Source: Lama guanicoe (lineage: Eukaryota). Taken from it: a stretch of DNA of 64,000 nt. Positions within the stretch are counted from its first letter, which is position 1; the number at the start of each line of letters is the position of its first letter. Both the position numbers and the translations under genes were made by a program. The stretch is taken from positions 5,564,626-5,628,625 of the forward strand of contig MU054220.1 in NCBI GenBank assembly GCA_013239625.1. Direction: 5' to 3'. The notes under the pieces are model-generated. The model saw nothing but the letters and a program-made list of their open reading frames with translations. It had not been told where the DNA came from and made no database searches. Shown here piece by piece: positions 24,716-38,100 of this stretch.

Positions 24716-25127
24716 TGTACTAGAGTCTGACTCCATTTTGGGGGGTTGGACTACTAGTAAAATTTAAGCCTCATCCTTCCCTCTTCTCCTTCTGCTCATA
24801 TCCAGTCAAGCTTATAAGAAAGCCTGGATGCTACCTCCTTTGGTGATATAAGATTCAATCCATGTATGCTCTTATCCAGGTACAAGAATCCTTACCCCCA
24901 GCCCTGCATCCTAATCACAGTGAAAACCTCAAGTGAGTTTACTTACTGTAGTTATCAAGCCATGTTGGACCAGCTTGGGAAGCTTTCTCTGTTTTCTCTC
25001 AGAAGTTGCATTATATAACTAAGATACAGTTTCGTACCTTCTTGGTGTGTGCGTGGCATCATCAGTTTTGACATCTGAACCACATTTTCATTGAGGGTCC
25101 ATCCTGTTTATCAGTGTGACTGCAACA
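24716..25127 (+). mobile_element. MER31-like solo LTR (ERV1), inside an L2 fragment
   Basis: tgtactagagtctgactccattttg...ataagaaagcctggatgc...gtgtgtgcgtggcatcatcag...tgcaaca. Confidence 0.75.
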
Positions 25128-25169
25128 TATACCAGGCTTTTCTATTTAGTGCCAGCCTTTCTACATTCT

Positions 25170-26220
25170 TTCTACATTCTTATTTGGCAAAAACTTACTG
25201 AGAACCTACTATAAGCCATGTACTTTCTAGGCATTTGGGAGATGTTGGAAAACAACATAAATAAGATATGGTATTCTAGCACAGAAAACCAAACAATAAG
25301 TAAACAAATTAATAAATGAATCTGTATAGGGGTAATTGCTATTAAAAAAAAGAAAAAGAGGGTGATGTGACATAGTCTGGGCAGATAGGGTTAGACTGGA
25401 TTTTTAGATAAGGATTCATTGAGAAGGTGATGCGACTTGAACACTACAAGCAAGAAATTCTCACCCATGCAAATATTTAGGATAAAGTCATTCCAAGAAA
25501 GGAAAATAGTAAGTATAAAGTCCCTATGGTGTGAAAGAAAGGATTTGTTGTGTTTTAGAAATAGAATGAAGGCTGTTTATGCTGAGCGTAGTCAATAAGG
25601 GAAAGAAAAAACAAGAGGAAAGATCATAGCATCTGCTAGGTCATGTGAAGGAATATGAGTTTTAGTCTCAGTTCAGTGGAAAAACCAGTGAAGGGTTTAT
25701 CATGATCTGATTTGTGTTTTCACCAATAATTCTGGCTGCTAAGAGGAGAATAAATTGGGCTAAGCGAGAGTGGAAACAGAAAACAATTAGTATGCTAAGA
25801 AAAAAAAGTTCAGTGAGAGATAATGGAGGCTTGGACAATAGTGGTAATATTGGGGAAGAGAAGTGAGTGAATTTTGATTATATTTAGGACATAAAATAAA
25901 GAAAGTTTGCTATTTTCTTGACAGAGGGTGGCAAGCATCCTTTCTCTGGGCACCTGGAACATCATAGAGTTCCTGAACACTCCTCTTGTATGATTTATAC
26001 TCGATGTGCCCTGTAAAGGTCACTCAGCTCTGCTGAGAACCCTTTCTTGCCTGGCCCGATCATGTTGGGCTTACACAGAAGCCTGTGAATACTTTTATCA
26101 CAGCATTTATCAGAACATATTGTAATTGTTGTTTGCCTTTCTCTAAGTCGGAAGTAAACCCAGTGATGAACGAAGTGCTTGACAGTGTCAGCATTTAATA
26201 AATCTCTGTTGAATGAATGA
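25170..26220. mobile_element. L2 fragments (- strand to about 25930, then a + strand 3' end)
   Basis: aaaacttactgagaacctactataagccatgtactttctaggc; + strand end aataaatctctgttgaatgaatga. Confidence 0.75.
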
Positions 26221-27089
26221 GTAAGAGCATGCCCTTATGAGCCACTGCAACGGAGGGGTATAAATAAGGCCTTTGAGCCTTGCACCAGCCCTATAGCATC
26301 TGATGAGTACTACCAAAGGTCTGGGACCCGTGCAGAGAGTTTCTTTTAATTACCTCAGGAGTTCTCAAGAAGAATGATCAGAACATCTTAAATGGTAATG
26401 AGCTGGAAAATGGAAAGGGGCTTACAAATTGGAAAATGAAAATAGTAACCTCAGATGCTACAAAATTAGCTTAAAAAGCAAGGTAACTGGAGGGAGGTGA
26501 GCAAGTCATCCTAAGAGAAAAGATTAAATGCCCCTGAGTACAGGTCATGTCCTATTACCTAGTACATTAATCTTGCAGAGGTTTTTTTTTTTTATTTCCA
26601 AAAATTACTTTTTAAACCCTGACTGATGTCCTATTATTTTAAGATGTATTTTATACAAGAGTTCCATAGGGGACAAAACCCCAGATTTTTGAATAGTATA
26701 ATAAAGGGAAGTTACATATAACTGGGATTTCTAATTCAGGTCTTGCCCTTATGTTGCTCTGTTGAGTAAATGAGTGTTTGGGCCTCAATATCCTCATACA
26801 TTAAAGAAAAATAACAACATAGAAGTAGTATTTCACATTCTTTCCAACTCTAATATTCCATAAGTTGCAGACATTCATCATTTTAGGATTTGTCTTATTG
26901 ATTTGGTGATGATGCAGTAAGGAGCAAAGAATCATAATTCCACTTAAAATATATATAAAATGTTGATTTAAGTATAGTAAGTATAGAGATGTAATAATTG
27001 GAACTCTGGTGAGAACATAGACATTGAGATGTTTGTCAGCTGAATAGTCACCTGTTCTTTGTATGATGTTGCCTTGAATTAATGACTAA

Positions 27090-27520
27090 CACTTTTACAG
27101 TTTACAAAAGGCTTTCACATCCATCATTTAAGTATATTATCAGAACCACTAGCTACTATATAAAGTCGGTGCTGTCAGTTCCATTTTAGTTGTGGGTACA
27201 CCAAGGCTAACAAAGTTTGTATCATGAAGCTAGATAACTTGCATGAAGCATAACCAAGGCTAGAACCCAGGTCTCCTGTCTCCTAGTCTGGAACTCTTTC
27301 CTTAACTCCAGGAAATCTCTGTGGCTGAGATTTTGCATGTAATACATTATGCAATCCTATGATATAGGACCTATGAGCAGTTCTATGACATAGGTAATAA
27401 TAGTTCCTATTGTCAAATGAGAAAACCAAAAATCTAAGAAGTAACTTGCCCAAGATCTCATAGACATGAAATAACTGAGTTGAGATTCCACCCAAGATCT
27501 AATTCTAAAGGCCACCATAA
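27090..27520 (-). mobile_element. two MIR fragments
   Basis: cctattgtcaaatgagaaaaccaaaaatctaagaagtaacttgcccaagatc reverse core; aggctagaacccaggtctcctg. Confidence 0.65.
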
Positions 27521-30500
27521 AGGACTGTCTTTCCAACTGATATGGGAAATAAATGCCAAACTCTTTTCAGGGATTTTAAAAAGCATTAAGTAGAGTTGGC
27601 CAGGTAGGAACAGTAGAGTAAAAAATCGTAAGCTAAACTGTAAACTCAGGATTTTTCCTGGGATGATTTAGCTGAAGCCATTTTGGGTATGCATTTGACA
27701 TGATATTCCATCTATTTATCTCTGCATGTCTATAGAGCAGAGACATCTAAGCCTAATTTAGTGACACATAAAAGTAATGGCCATGACATAAGGATTCATA
27801 ATACTTTATATTTAGAGAATGTATCAGTCCTCCCAGGAAAAATCTGTAGGTATGTATGATCATGAAATACGATGATGTTCCCCAGTCTAATGTTTTTTTA
27901 TACCTTCCTGCTTCACTGATAATAGTCTGTCATATTCTTATGAATAGTCCATGAACTATATCCCTTAACTGTGTAGGTGTTGGTGTTATACCCAATTTCC
28001 CCCTGTTGCTATGTATCAAGATAACCTTTTAAACATTAATTGATAGTGATTTGCTAAGTTCATTTATTAAGTTCTGAAAGACTCAGGATCATCTCCTCCA
28101 GACCAAGTAGCTTCTAAATTCTCTACAATTTAGTCTTGGCCATTATGCTTTATTTCCTTCTTCAGCCCTTCCAATGATGATGTCTCTTTTTGCTGCATTC
28201 CTAGACCTTTTGTCTTCCATTTAGTCTCTAATGGATTCAAGTTGTGGGGTCATTTTCTTTGTATGCTTACTAACCTCTCTCATCATATCTCAGAACATCC
28301 TGGAACAAAAAAAGGTATTGCATGGAGGAAAAATAATACTCTACTTTTTGGTTAGATTTATGCATTTATTTTATACCTGAATAGATCATTTAAAGAATAA
28401 ATAACATTGATTAAGCAAATAGTGTATACCCTGAACTTCAGATAATTAGGAAGACACTTGTAGTTTTTTCCCCTGCTTCCAAGAAATGAAAATTCTAAAG
28501 GGTAATATGAGTCACATATATGGAACTTAAGACACGTTCTTTGCTTTGGTGAATTTTGGGAAAATTATAGGCCCTGGAGTCAAGGTTGTCTGGATTTAAA
28601 TCATGAACTGATCAGATGATATTTCTGCTACCTTGAACATATTCCTTCTTTGCAACTCAGTGTCCTCCTCCTCATGTTGATCACAAAGGGTTGCAGTGAG
28701 ATAAAATGAAATATGTATGTGGAAATGTCAGCTAGCCTACTCCTTTTGAAAGACGTTTGATATTTTCCTTTTAACTGTTCAACATCTAACCCTTGGCCTA
28801 CTAGCTATCTGATATCCCTTCTGGGGTACTTTCTCTTCATGTGCTGGTCCCTGCCTCCTCCTGACGACGACTCCTGATGACTCACTCTAAGGGACTAGTG
28901 GGAAGCTTGACTTTTCCTGTACGTATTTTACCTTTTATTGAGGGTGAGCAAGGGACATAAACTTGGCCAAACAGACAATTGCCCATAGGACATTAAACAT
29001 TGAGTTAGTGAACACAGTGGAGAAAATGTTTGGAGTTTAGATTGATCACAGAGTTAGTAATGCTCTTTCAGTCTTTTCCTATAGCATGATGGCAGTAGAG
29101 TGTCTTATTCTAAAAAATAATTCAATATTATGGAAATTTCCCAATAGATGGAAGTTGTGTCTTGCAAGAGCTTGAATTAAAAAGTCTAGTTTATAATTTG
29201 CACAAAGGACTTGTATAGCAAACGATGGCTCCAATACCTTGGCAAGTCACTTAACTTCTATTTTCTCTTTGAAAGGGGAAATAATAATACATATCATGTT
29301 GATGTGAAGTTCAAGTAAGAAAACAGAATGGATGTGTTCTGTATGGGCCTAACAGAATGTGACCGAATGCTTATGTTGATGGTGTGGAAATGAGGGTGTA
29401 AGTAAGAGTTGAAAGGAGTAACAGTGTTTGCCCCATGCAGTTGTAGGAGACTTACCGAAAAGTGGAAAAGCTTAAGGATCTTACTAGAAATAATGGAAAG
29501 ATGTAGCTGTTTTTTGTCTTGGGGTATGAGAAATATAAGTAGAAAGAGTGAAAGTCTAATGATATGTTTCCCAAGATGTGTATGAATAACACATGCAACT
29601 AAAAAAAAAGGGTAGCTTTTGGATTTTGATGACACCAACTAATAACATATGGTTAACATGTTTCATTTCAATATTTTTCCTTTCTCTCTGGATGAGGGAA
29701 CCACATATCCTCTTTCCAATGCCTTGATCCAATCCCCAAGTCCACCACAGTGTTTCACTCCTAGTGGGAATTCCTCACTAGATGTATTTTTGCATCCTGA
29801 GTATGGTCATGTTCTGTTCTTTTTCATTGGTAAATCTGTTTATCAGTGAAATAGCACATTCACACCAAATTAGAAAGAAAGAACAACAAAAGGATTCCCA
29901 CCTGGTTTTCTTCCCAGAAATTAGAAATGACACTAATGAGATATTTTTCAAGGGTAACAATGAACTGACAAAAAATCTACTCTTGTGTCTCTCTTGGCAC
30001 AATGTCATTATCAGTCGTGAGAAGAATGGCACAGTTTTGTGTAGATGGTGGAGTCTGAAATCACAACTGCTGAAAAGTTTGGGGAATTAGATGCTTATGA
30101 GCACATCTCACTTTGCAGTCCCCAAACATAAGCTACATGGGAGATGGTAAATGAAATCATTCATGGTGACAAAATTGTGCCATAGGCTAAAATGAGACTA
30201 GCAATTTATACCTGTTCAGGAAGAATCATTTTCATCTCAACCATCAGATATATGTGCAAAGTATAAATTTATATTCCAGTGGTAGCCAGAGATGGTATTC
30301 ACAAATACGTCCTACACTGGTGGATGTTCCTGACCAGTTAGCTGCATGTGCATGAGTGCACACACACTCACACACTTACACTAACACAAATTGTGTGTTG
30401 GAATATGTGCTTTTTTTTGGTGAGGAAATTTATAGCTCCTATTAGATTCTCAAAGGGCTGTCACTCATACAAGTTAAGAGCTGTTATTCTTCCATGTTTT

Positions 30501-31139
30501 TCTCCCATTTAATAAAGTATATGAAAATTCAACTAAATGATAGTTGACGTAATGAATGTGATAATCTTGAATAAATTTTAAATATTTCACTCATATGAAG
30601 CTTTAGCTATTCTTAATAAAAGACCTCAAAGTTGATTGTTAGCCTCCAGTGTGTAGCTACCAAGGGTGAGAATTGCTGCTCTAGGAAGCTGCGCAGAATC
30701 AGGGAGGCACAGACGTTCAGAGCAGGTGTTCAGAGTTCATTTATTACAAGTAATTTCCAAATTTATTTTCTGTAAAAAAAAACAAACAAAAACAATGCAA
30801 CCCTTTTCTCAAATAAAATATGGGAAAATCCTGACATATAAAACACACAGAAAAGAAACTGCTTTGGTCCTTTGTGACCTTGGATTGTTCCCATTCCACC
30901 TCTTCCCCACTCCCCCACACAGCACAGATACAGAGCCACCCAAAGTTTTATTTTGTTTATAGGCCACATATCTGTTTTATTTTTTATATCCTTTTCTGCA
31001 CTATCTGTTGTGTATTTCAGCATTTGGTTAGCTACTTTTCATGGTATGAATTATGTCATGTAGCTTTTTATGAGACAGATACTAAAGGTCTTGGTTGACT
31101 CCCTGTTAAGTTTTGCTCACATTGATCTATCTGCTCTCA

Positions 31140-31390
31140 CTATTGATCTTGGAGTCAGGTGTATTTGAGATGGAATTGTGGCTCCATGATTCATTAGCTG
31201 CGAGGTCTTAGGCAAGTCCCAGGACTGCTTTATGTGTCAGTTTCCTTATCTGGGAATTGTGGTAAAAAGTAAAGTAATTATGGTGATGATGATAATAATG
31301 CCAATAATGATAGTAACAATAATGGTAATAATGGTAATATATACCCACAGGGTTGCTGTGAGATTTAAATGAAAGAATGTTCATGACAGG
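31140..31390 (+). mobile_element. MIR with expanded (GAT/AAT)n tract
   Basis: tagctgcgaggtcttaggcaagtc...tcagtttccttatctg...acccacagggttgctgtgagatttaaatga. Confidence 0.75.
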
Positions 31391-31749
31391 TCATTTTCTT
31401 AATAACCTAAATTCATTCTTGATAACCCTGCCTCTAGCTATTATAGCCTCTATTAAATATAAATATAGTTCTATTCATTTTAATGGGAAAGTTATGATGA
31501 TTTTGGTCCCAATCTAAGGCAGACAATTTTCAGAAATAGAAAAGTATGTCAATTGCATAATGATAAAAGTAATAAATAACTATTTGAAAGTAAATTAACA
31601 TGATTTGTATGTAAAGTTTAATGTAACAAAGGTTTACTTACTGAAGAAGTAAGGGAAAGGTGGATGGGCAATTGATAGTTGTAAAAGAAGGTGCAAAAAG
31701 TTGATCTTCAGAAATGCATTATATTTGTTCATATATGTATTTATAGTTC

Positions 31750-32520
31750 AGCCTTATTGAGAGGTATAATTGACATACAATATAGTAAGATATTTAAAGT
31801 ACACATATACAGTTTGAAAGGGTTCCCCCATCTAATTAATTAACACATCCTTCACCTCACTCACTCATTTATTTATTTATTTATTTACTTATTTATTTAT
31901 AGTAAGTACATTTAACTTACACTCTCTTAGCAAATATCAACTATGCAGTTCAGTGTTGTAAAATATAGTCACCATGTTTTACATTAGATCCTCAGTCCTT
32001 ATTCATCTTTTACCTGAAAATTTGAACCCTTTTATCCATCTCACTATTTAGCCTATCCCTCAGCCCCCGGCAACCAGTTTATTTTGTGTTTTTATGAGTG
32101 TGACTTTTTTTTTTAAGTTTCCACATACAAGCAATACAATGCAGTATTTGTCTTTCTCTGTTTGCTTTATTTCACTTAGTACAATGCCCTCAAATTCTAT
32201 CCATGTTGGTGCAAGTGGCAGTATTTCCTTCTCTCTCATGGTTGAGTTATATTTACATATTTAAATATATTTTTATACATTTATATATTATATGTGTACA
32301 TATAACATGTATTTATATAAATTTATATATAGATAGATACACAGATACATAGATACATAGAGAGATACATATCTCACATCCTCTTTATCCACTCATCCAT
32401 TGATGCATACTTGGGTTGTTTCCATAACCTGGCTATTTTGAATAATGTTACAGTGAACATGGGGGTTCAGATATCTCCCTGCTATCCTATTTTCATTTCC
32501 TTTGGGTATATATATCCAAA
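31750..32520 (-). mobile_element. L1 3' end (L1MA9-like) with (ATTT)n and AT-rich microsatellites
   Basis: gaggtataattgacatacaat...actctcttagcaaat...atagtcaccatgttttacattagatc...gcagtatttgtctttctctgtttgctttatttcacttag. Confidence 0.88.
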
Positions 32521-33842
32521 TATATTATTTTAAAACTATTTTCTTCAATGAATTTTTACCATTTGGGGGATTTTGGTGATTTTGCCCTTAAACTACACTT
32601 AACAAGTGTATAGCACAGGAAAAAAAACCTATTTTATACCAAAATAAAAAGCTACAACCATGGTACTTTGAAACACATAGAAACAACATACACGCAGCGT
32701 GTATGTTGAGTAAACTGAGAGTAAACTGGAGAGTCTTAGTGCTGGCTTGTCATCACACTGACTCAGCATCTGTATGCAAAGAAAACCCATTTAACTTTAT
32801 TCAAAATGTAACTCATCAAATTTACTCCTTATGATATTCTCTAACTGGAAACTTTGGTGTCAAGTTAACTGGTGATTATGTCTTTGCCTGAAATCATAGG
32901 TTGAAGTATTACCTTCTATACTGTATTTACTTAATGTGTGGTGGGAAGAAAAACATCTCCATACTGGAAACAAGGGAGTCAGTGTCCAAACAGCAGTATC
33001 CCTTATCAAGGTGGTGCTCATTCTCTAACGGAACTGGCATTATGTGCAGTCAAGTCTGTACTTTGCACAGGTGAGGACATCAGAGTAGGAAATCTAGAAA
33101 CCTAATTGTCCCCCTCTTCCAGCACTCTTTCCCATCCTCTTTTTCTTCCTATATTCCTTCCATCTCTAGCTACTACATTTAAAACTTCAACTTCACAGAA
33201 TAACTCAAAAACGACCTACAGTTTCTATGAACTGCAAAACAATGTCTCAAAACAATGTCTTGCTTTCATCTCTGGAAAAACTCAAGCTGATTTCAAATCT
33301 GCATCTAGGCTGTGTCTTTTTCCTGAGAACATTGAGATGTTTCAGAGACATGTCATGTTGTTTTCCAACATCCCTGTGAGGTAGAGTGATAGATGTGTAC
33401 TATTTTTTTTCCCAGCAAGGCAAAGTGAACTGTCCAGGTTTACAAAAGCTGGACTCCAGCAGTGTCACTGCCCATCTGTATTACCTTGTTTCCTCATTTA
33501 TGCTTTTCTCAAAGTGAGCATATTGAGTAGAGACAGAAGTCCAAACAAACCTATCTTTCCCCATAGTATTCTCAGCCTCAGAAGATAAATTAAAATTACT
33601 AGAAGCATCTGTTTGATATTTTCCCATTAGAAACTCACAATATATTGCCCATTCTGCCTTCTAGTCATCGCATAGTCACAGACTCACATCAGCAAGAATC
33701 CATACCGAAAGGCCTTTCACTTTTTGCCAACTCTACATGCTTGAGGCCACAACTCTCTGGTAGTGACTCGCTGCTGCTATTGTATTGGATTTGGAGGACA
33801 GAAGAGTCCTAAAGGGCTCAGAAATTATAGTTTGAAACATGT

Positions 33843-34896
33843 TGTAGCAGCCATGAGCATGTGCTTTGAGGCCTTCAACTTCAGGGTGCATAACTGACTC
33901 ACAAGGGCCCAGCTATGCACTCTGAATTCCATTTATGTGTTTGAACATGCCTCCCACAGCTGCTCCCAGCCAATGATTGAGCACAGCCTGGTTCCCAAAG
34001 AGGGCTTGTTACTGGGAGGCATGGTCTGCTCTGGTGACAAATGTTCCTCAGACCGTAGAAAACTCTAGGACGCTTCCCCCCATCCTTCTTTCCTTCCCTC
34101 TCTGCTCCACTTTGGGGCAGACTTCTATCCCAGTGTGTTGGCTCTCCCAGTCTTACTTGTGTCAAACAAAGAATAAATCCAGACTTGGATAAGGAGAGTC
34201 TTATTCAAAAAGACTACTGCAGTAAGGGGAGGGATCTGTTGAAATAAGGAGAGTTCCCTGACCATGACAGTTGAAAGGTCAGGCAGAAAAGAGCCTTTTT
34301 TTTTTTTTTTCTCAATAGGGAGGAGTAGATAAGGCTAGAAAGAACCATGTGTGGGCATGTGGAATGAGTGAATGGTGTGATCAGACAATTAATCAGGAAA
34401 TATTTTCCCCTTAAGTCAGCTGATTCTTGGATGGACTGCTCTGAGAAGGGGTCGTTCTGCATTTCTCTTCTTAAGGGTGAGCCAAAGTTCAGGGACTGAG
34501 GGAAGTAGCGAAGCCTGACTCAAGTTTGGTTAAATCAAGTTAATGGACATTTCATCCAGTTGGACAGTTGTGACAAACAGTTCAGCCAATAATTTAGGGG
34601 ACAAAGAATGAGAATTTTTAGTCTGTGTCTGGTTTTGTCATAAATAAACAAGTGGTTCATCCAGCAGTCTTGTTTAAGTCAAGGGTGTTTTTTGCAGTAA
34701 GCCATTTCTTGGAACACAAAAGGGGATGGATTTCTTATTCATCACTGGAGCTCCAAGAGCACAGAGCTCAGGTAAAGTTCAACATCGTCATTTGGCATCC
34801 TCCCCATTTTGTCTCACAGGTTTTTCGCCAAATAAAAATTCTCTCACATTTAATCCTATCTTGCTGTCTGCTTCTTGGAGAACCTGGACTAACACA
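33843..34896 (+). mobile_element. LTR16-family (ERVL) solo LTR split by a nested LTR
   Basis: cccagccaatgattgagcac in the 5' part; 3' end aataaaaattctctcacatttaatcctatcttgctgtctgcttcttggagaacctggactaacaca. Confidence 0.75.
34160..34784 (-). mobile_element. ERV1-class solo LTR (MER90/MER110-like) nested in LTR16
   Basis: The minus strand begins tgttgaactttacctgagctctgtgctc and ends tttattctttgtttgaca. Confidence 0.7.
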
Positions 34897-34949
34897 TGTT
34901 TCTTATATGCCTTTTCTTACCTTTCCCATTAGTGTAACACTCTTTATAC

Positions 34950-35122
34950 TAGTGATTCTCAAGTTTTATTATGCATAGAAATTGTATGTACAGCTTGCTA
35001 CAATGCAGATTCCTAAGGACCAATACAGAAAGATGTCACGGATCTAGGGTGGAGATGAAAATGAAGCATTCAGGTTAGTTAATTGTGAGAGGTCTTCAAA
35101 CCACACATTGAGTAAATACTGC
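34950..35122. mobile_element. MER5-family fragment
   Basis: agtgattctcaagttttattatgcatagaa...aatgcagattcc...accacacattgagtaaatactg. Confidence 0.6.
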
Positions 35123-38100
35123 TGAAATCAGCCAACGCAATGCAGGAAAAGTTTATATAATGACATGAATTTTTATGTTGATAATGCTTTACAGTAACTT
35201 TCATATTTCATAGGAATTTCTATTTGATACACTTGCTCGAGTGTGGCTATTTTGGCCTTGTTGCTCATGCATGGGAGTGGTTTTGGATGCAGCTCTATTA
35301 GTGCTATGGAGATAACGGAACATTATGAAACTGGCCTTGAGTTTGCTGTGTTCTAATTCAGGAAGAGAATTTCATCAGTGAAATTTTCTCAGCCTGTGTT
35401 AATCAGAGTATGAATTGCACAGATTATTTCCTGTACCTCTGAGAATATTTCAGTATAGGACGATGGGCCATCCATTTTACACCCTAGAAATTTCTATTAT
35501 GATTAGTTTATCTCATGATCGTGAAGAATTTAATAGTTATATGCCAAATTTAATGAGTTTGTGGAGTAAAAATGTTTTTCTTTGTGGGTTAGGTAAATCT
35601 GTTAGATGCTAATTCAAGAAATCCAGGTATTCAGATTAAGATCTAAGTGCCAGCATCAATATGAAATTGGTGACACACCATACAGTTGGAAAGAAATTAG
35701 ACTAAGAGCTAAGCCATTAAACCTAGGAGAGTCAGCTACTCTGCAAAAAAATCAAATAAGGAAAACAGTGATCCTGGTTTATGAGCAAACATAGTTATGC
35801 TATTTAGCACTTAGCATCAAATCTGGAATGATATAATTGGTGACTGTTTTGGGGTTCTCAAAACTTTTACCCTTCCCATGATGTGACCAAGGATACTTAA
35901 GGAATAAGTGCAATGCTAAGGTCAAACAAAATCAAATATAAACAAACCAACCAACTTAAATATGTATATATTTACGTATATATGCATAATTAAAGTATTA
36001 ACCTGGACCCTCTTTTAAATTATAAATTTATTAATGATGACTATTTCTCATTGATCTTACTGTCAAAATTTACCTCTGCTATAATTGTAAATATCAGATA
36101 ATACCCAGAAGCATGCTGACATGCTTAAATCCATCCACTTGGAACTCATGAATAATAAGGCAGTTCTTCTGTCTTGTCTTTATTTCCTCTGACAACCTGG
36201 AGCTTCCCAGAAGTGCAACTAACACTGGGCATCAGTGAAGCTCACTGTTTAAAACTGGTTTAAAGGAGTAGGTCTGTTACTTTAAATTGGTCACCTGGGA
36301 GGTTCTGGCTTGTGGTTGGGGTATCCATCTAAATACAAAGACTTCCTGACTTAGGTCATTATTTCCTGAATGGTTGACCCAGCCTAGGAACGCCCACAAA
36401 CTACCTTCATACGTGCATACGTCTTGACAGAAAACTAAAAAGAATAGAGTAGATGATAGCTGTTCCTGGGTGGGACTGCGGGATTGTCCTCCTGCCTTAG
36501 TTTCCTTTCATACTCTCAGCCATCATGAGAATACCAAGAAATCTATTCTGAGACTTCAGTATTGACACATACATCTTCACATCCCCTCTGAAACTCCTAG
36601 AGAACAGAGTGGGCACTAGCTTACCACCAAGAAAATTTTGTTTTTGGATAGTCTTTTCTGAAATTTGTGAACATCTTAGGTGTTCCAGTTTTACACTTAT
36701 TTTCCTTATCTCCTCAGCGTCATCTTAACATCCTTTCATCTGTATTTAAACTGCAAAAGCAAGCAAGTAAAAAATAGACGATGGCTAATTCCCAGGTGGG
36801 AATCTTGCCTTTTGTCCTATAATGATCTTTGAAATCCTCAGTTGTCATTGAAGGAGCCATTGGCTGCCTGGCTAACATTCAATCTTGAATTGCATCTTGC
36901 TGAGAGCCTTTCCTGTCATAGGACTATCACCATTGTCCTCATATCACAGCATTTCCCTTCTTCTTATAACTCTTGGGTAGGAATGTTTCTTTAAGTTTCT
37001 CTCCTCTGGAATGTTGATCTCTCAGAGGAATGCATGCATAACTATGGGCCTCCATACAATGTTAGGCAACTGTCATCTGAAAATCTTTTGTTTAGTTTTG
37101 TAAGAATAGTGGATTATTTCTATTCCTAGTAACTCCTCCTTTATTAGGACCATCTTCTTTGAAATATAAATTCCTCTCAGGGAATACCATGCAACCCAGA
37201 GTCATCATACTGTTTTAGCTTTGTTTCTGCTGATATTCTTAACCATTATTCGAGTGCCCCTCTGACTGCTGTACATATCCTATTTACATTTCCTTAGAGA
37301 AATGAATAATACTATGAGGATTACTTTCTGATTAGGCTGGTCTCCTATGAGATCCTTGCTCATTATGGGAGTGGCCATCAGTGCCATAACTCCTAAAGGT
37401 CATTCTGTTTTAATCTCTTTGAAAGAAGACTTGTGAGAAAATGCATTTGTTTTTTCTACTTGCTTTACTAATTTGTAAAAGTATCAAAAGAAGTTTGTAA
37501 AGTGGAATGATCACAGCTGAATACTGAATTCGCATTCTACAGGACAAAAGGTGAACTACCTGAAAGTCAAATGGAAGGGGAGACATGAAAACACATACTC
37601 AATGCACAAACTAGCCCACGGCTCTTCTCTTTTTAAAATCTTGATGTGATTTTTATCTTAGGAACGGTATTTCTTCCCCTACATTCGTATACTGACCACG
37701 TGTATTTCCCGTGTCCCCTCATGCTCTCCCAGAGGTTTCAACAATTTGAATTAAAAGGGAGGTATGATTATGTCTCTGTTCCTTCATTTCCACACTTGCC
37801 CTGGACTCCATACGTGAATTTGACTATTATTTCCTCTGCGTGCTTCTAGTGCTGCATCTTCAAAATTTCTTCTCTCACCTTTGCCAAAATAAGATTTCTG
37901 TTTTGTAGGACATAATTTTACTTTGGATTTATAGCATCATCTTTTTCAAAAGAGTATTAAGACTATGTGGGTTCACTATAGCTGTGTTCCCCTTGGCACC
38001 GAGGGAGGAACCTGAAGACAAAACCAGCTGTGTTTAGAAGTTTTCAGCTTTTCCACTTTTATCAGTTCGTGTTATGTAAAAAAGAATAAATGGCACTTTA

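Noticed and set aside
26340..26490. Possible coding exon (cctcag ... aag|gtaact)
   Set aside because: The two frames I translated hit stops before the donor, and the longer peptide (VLKKNDQNILNG...) is not recognisable.
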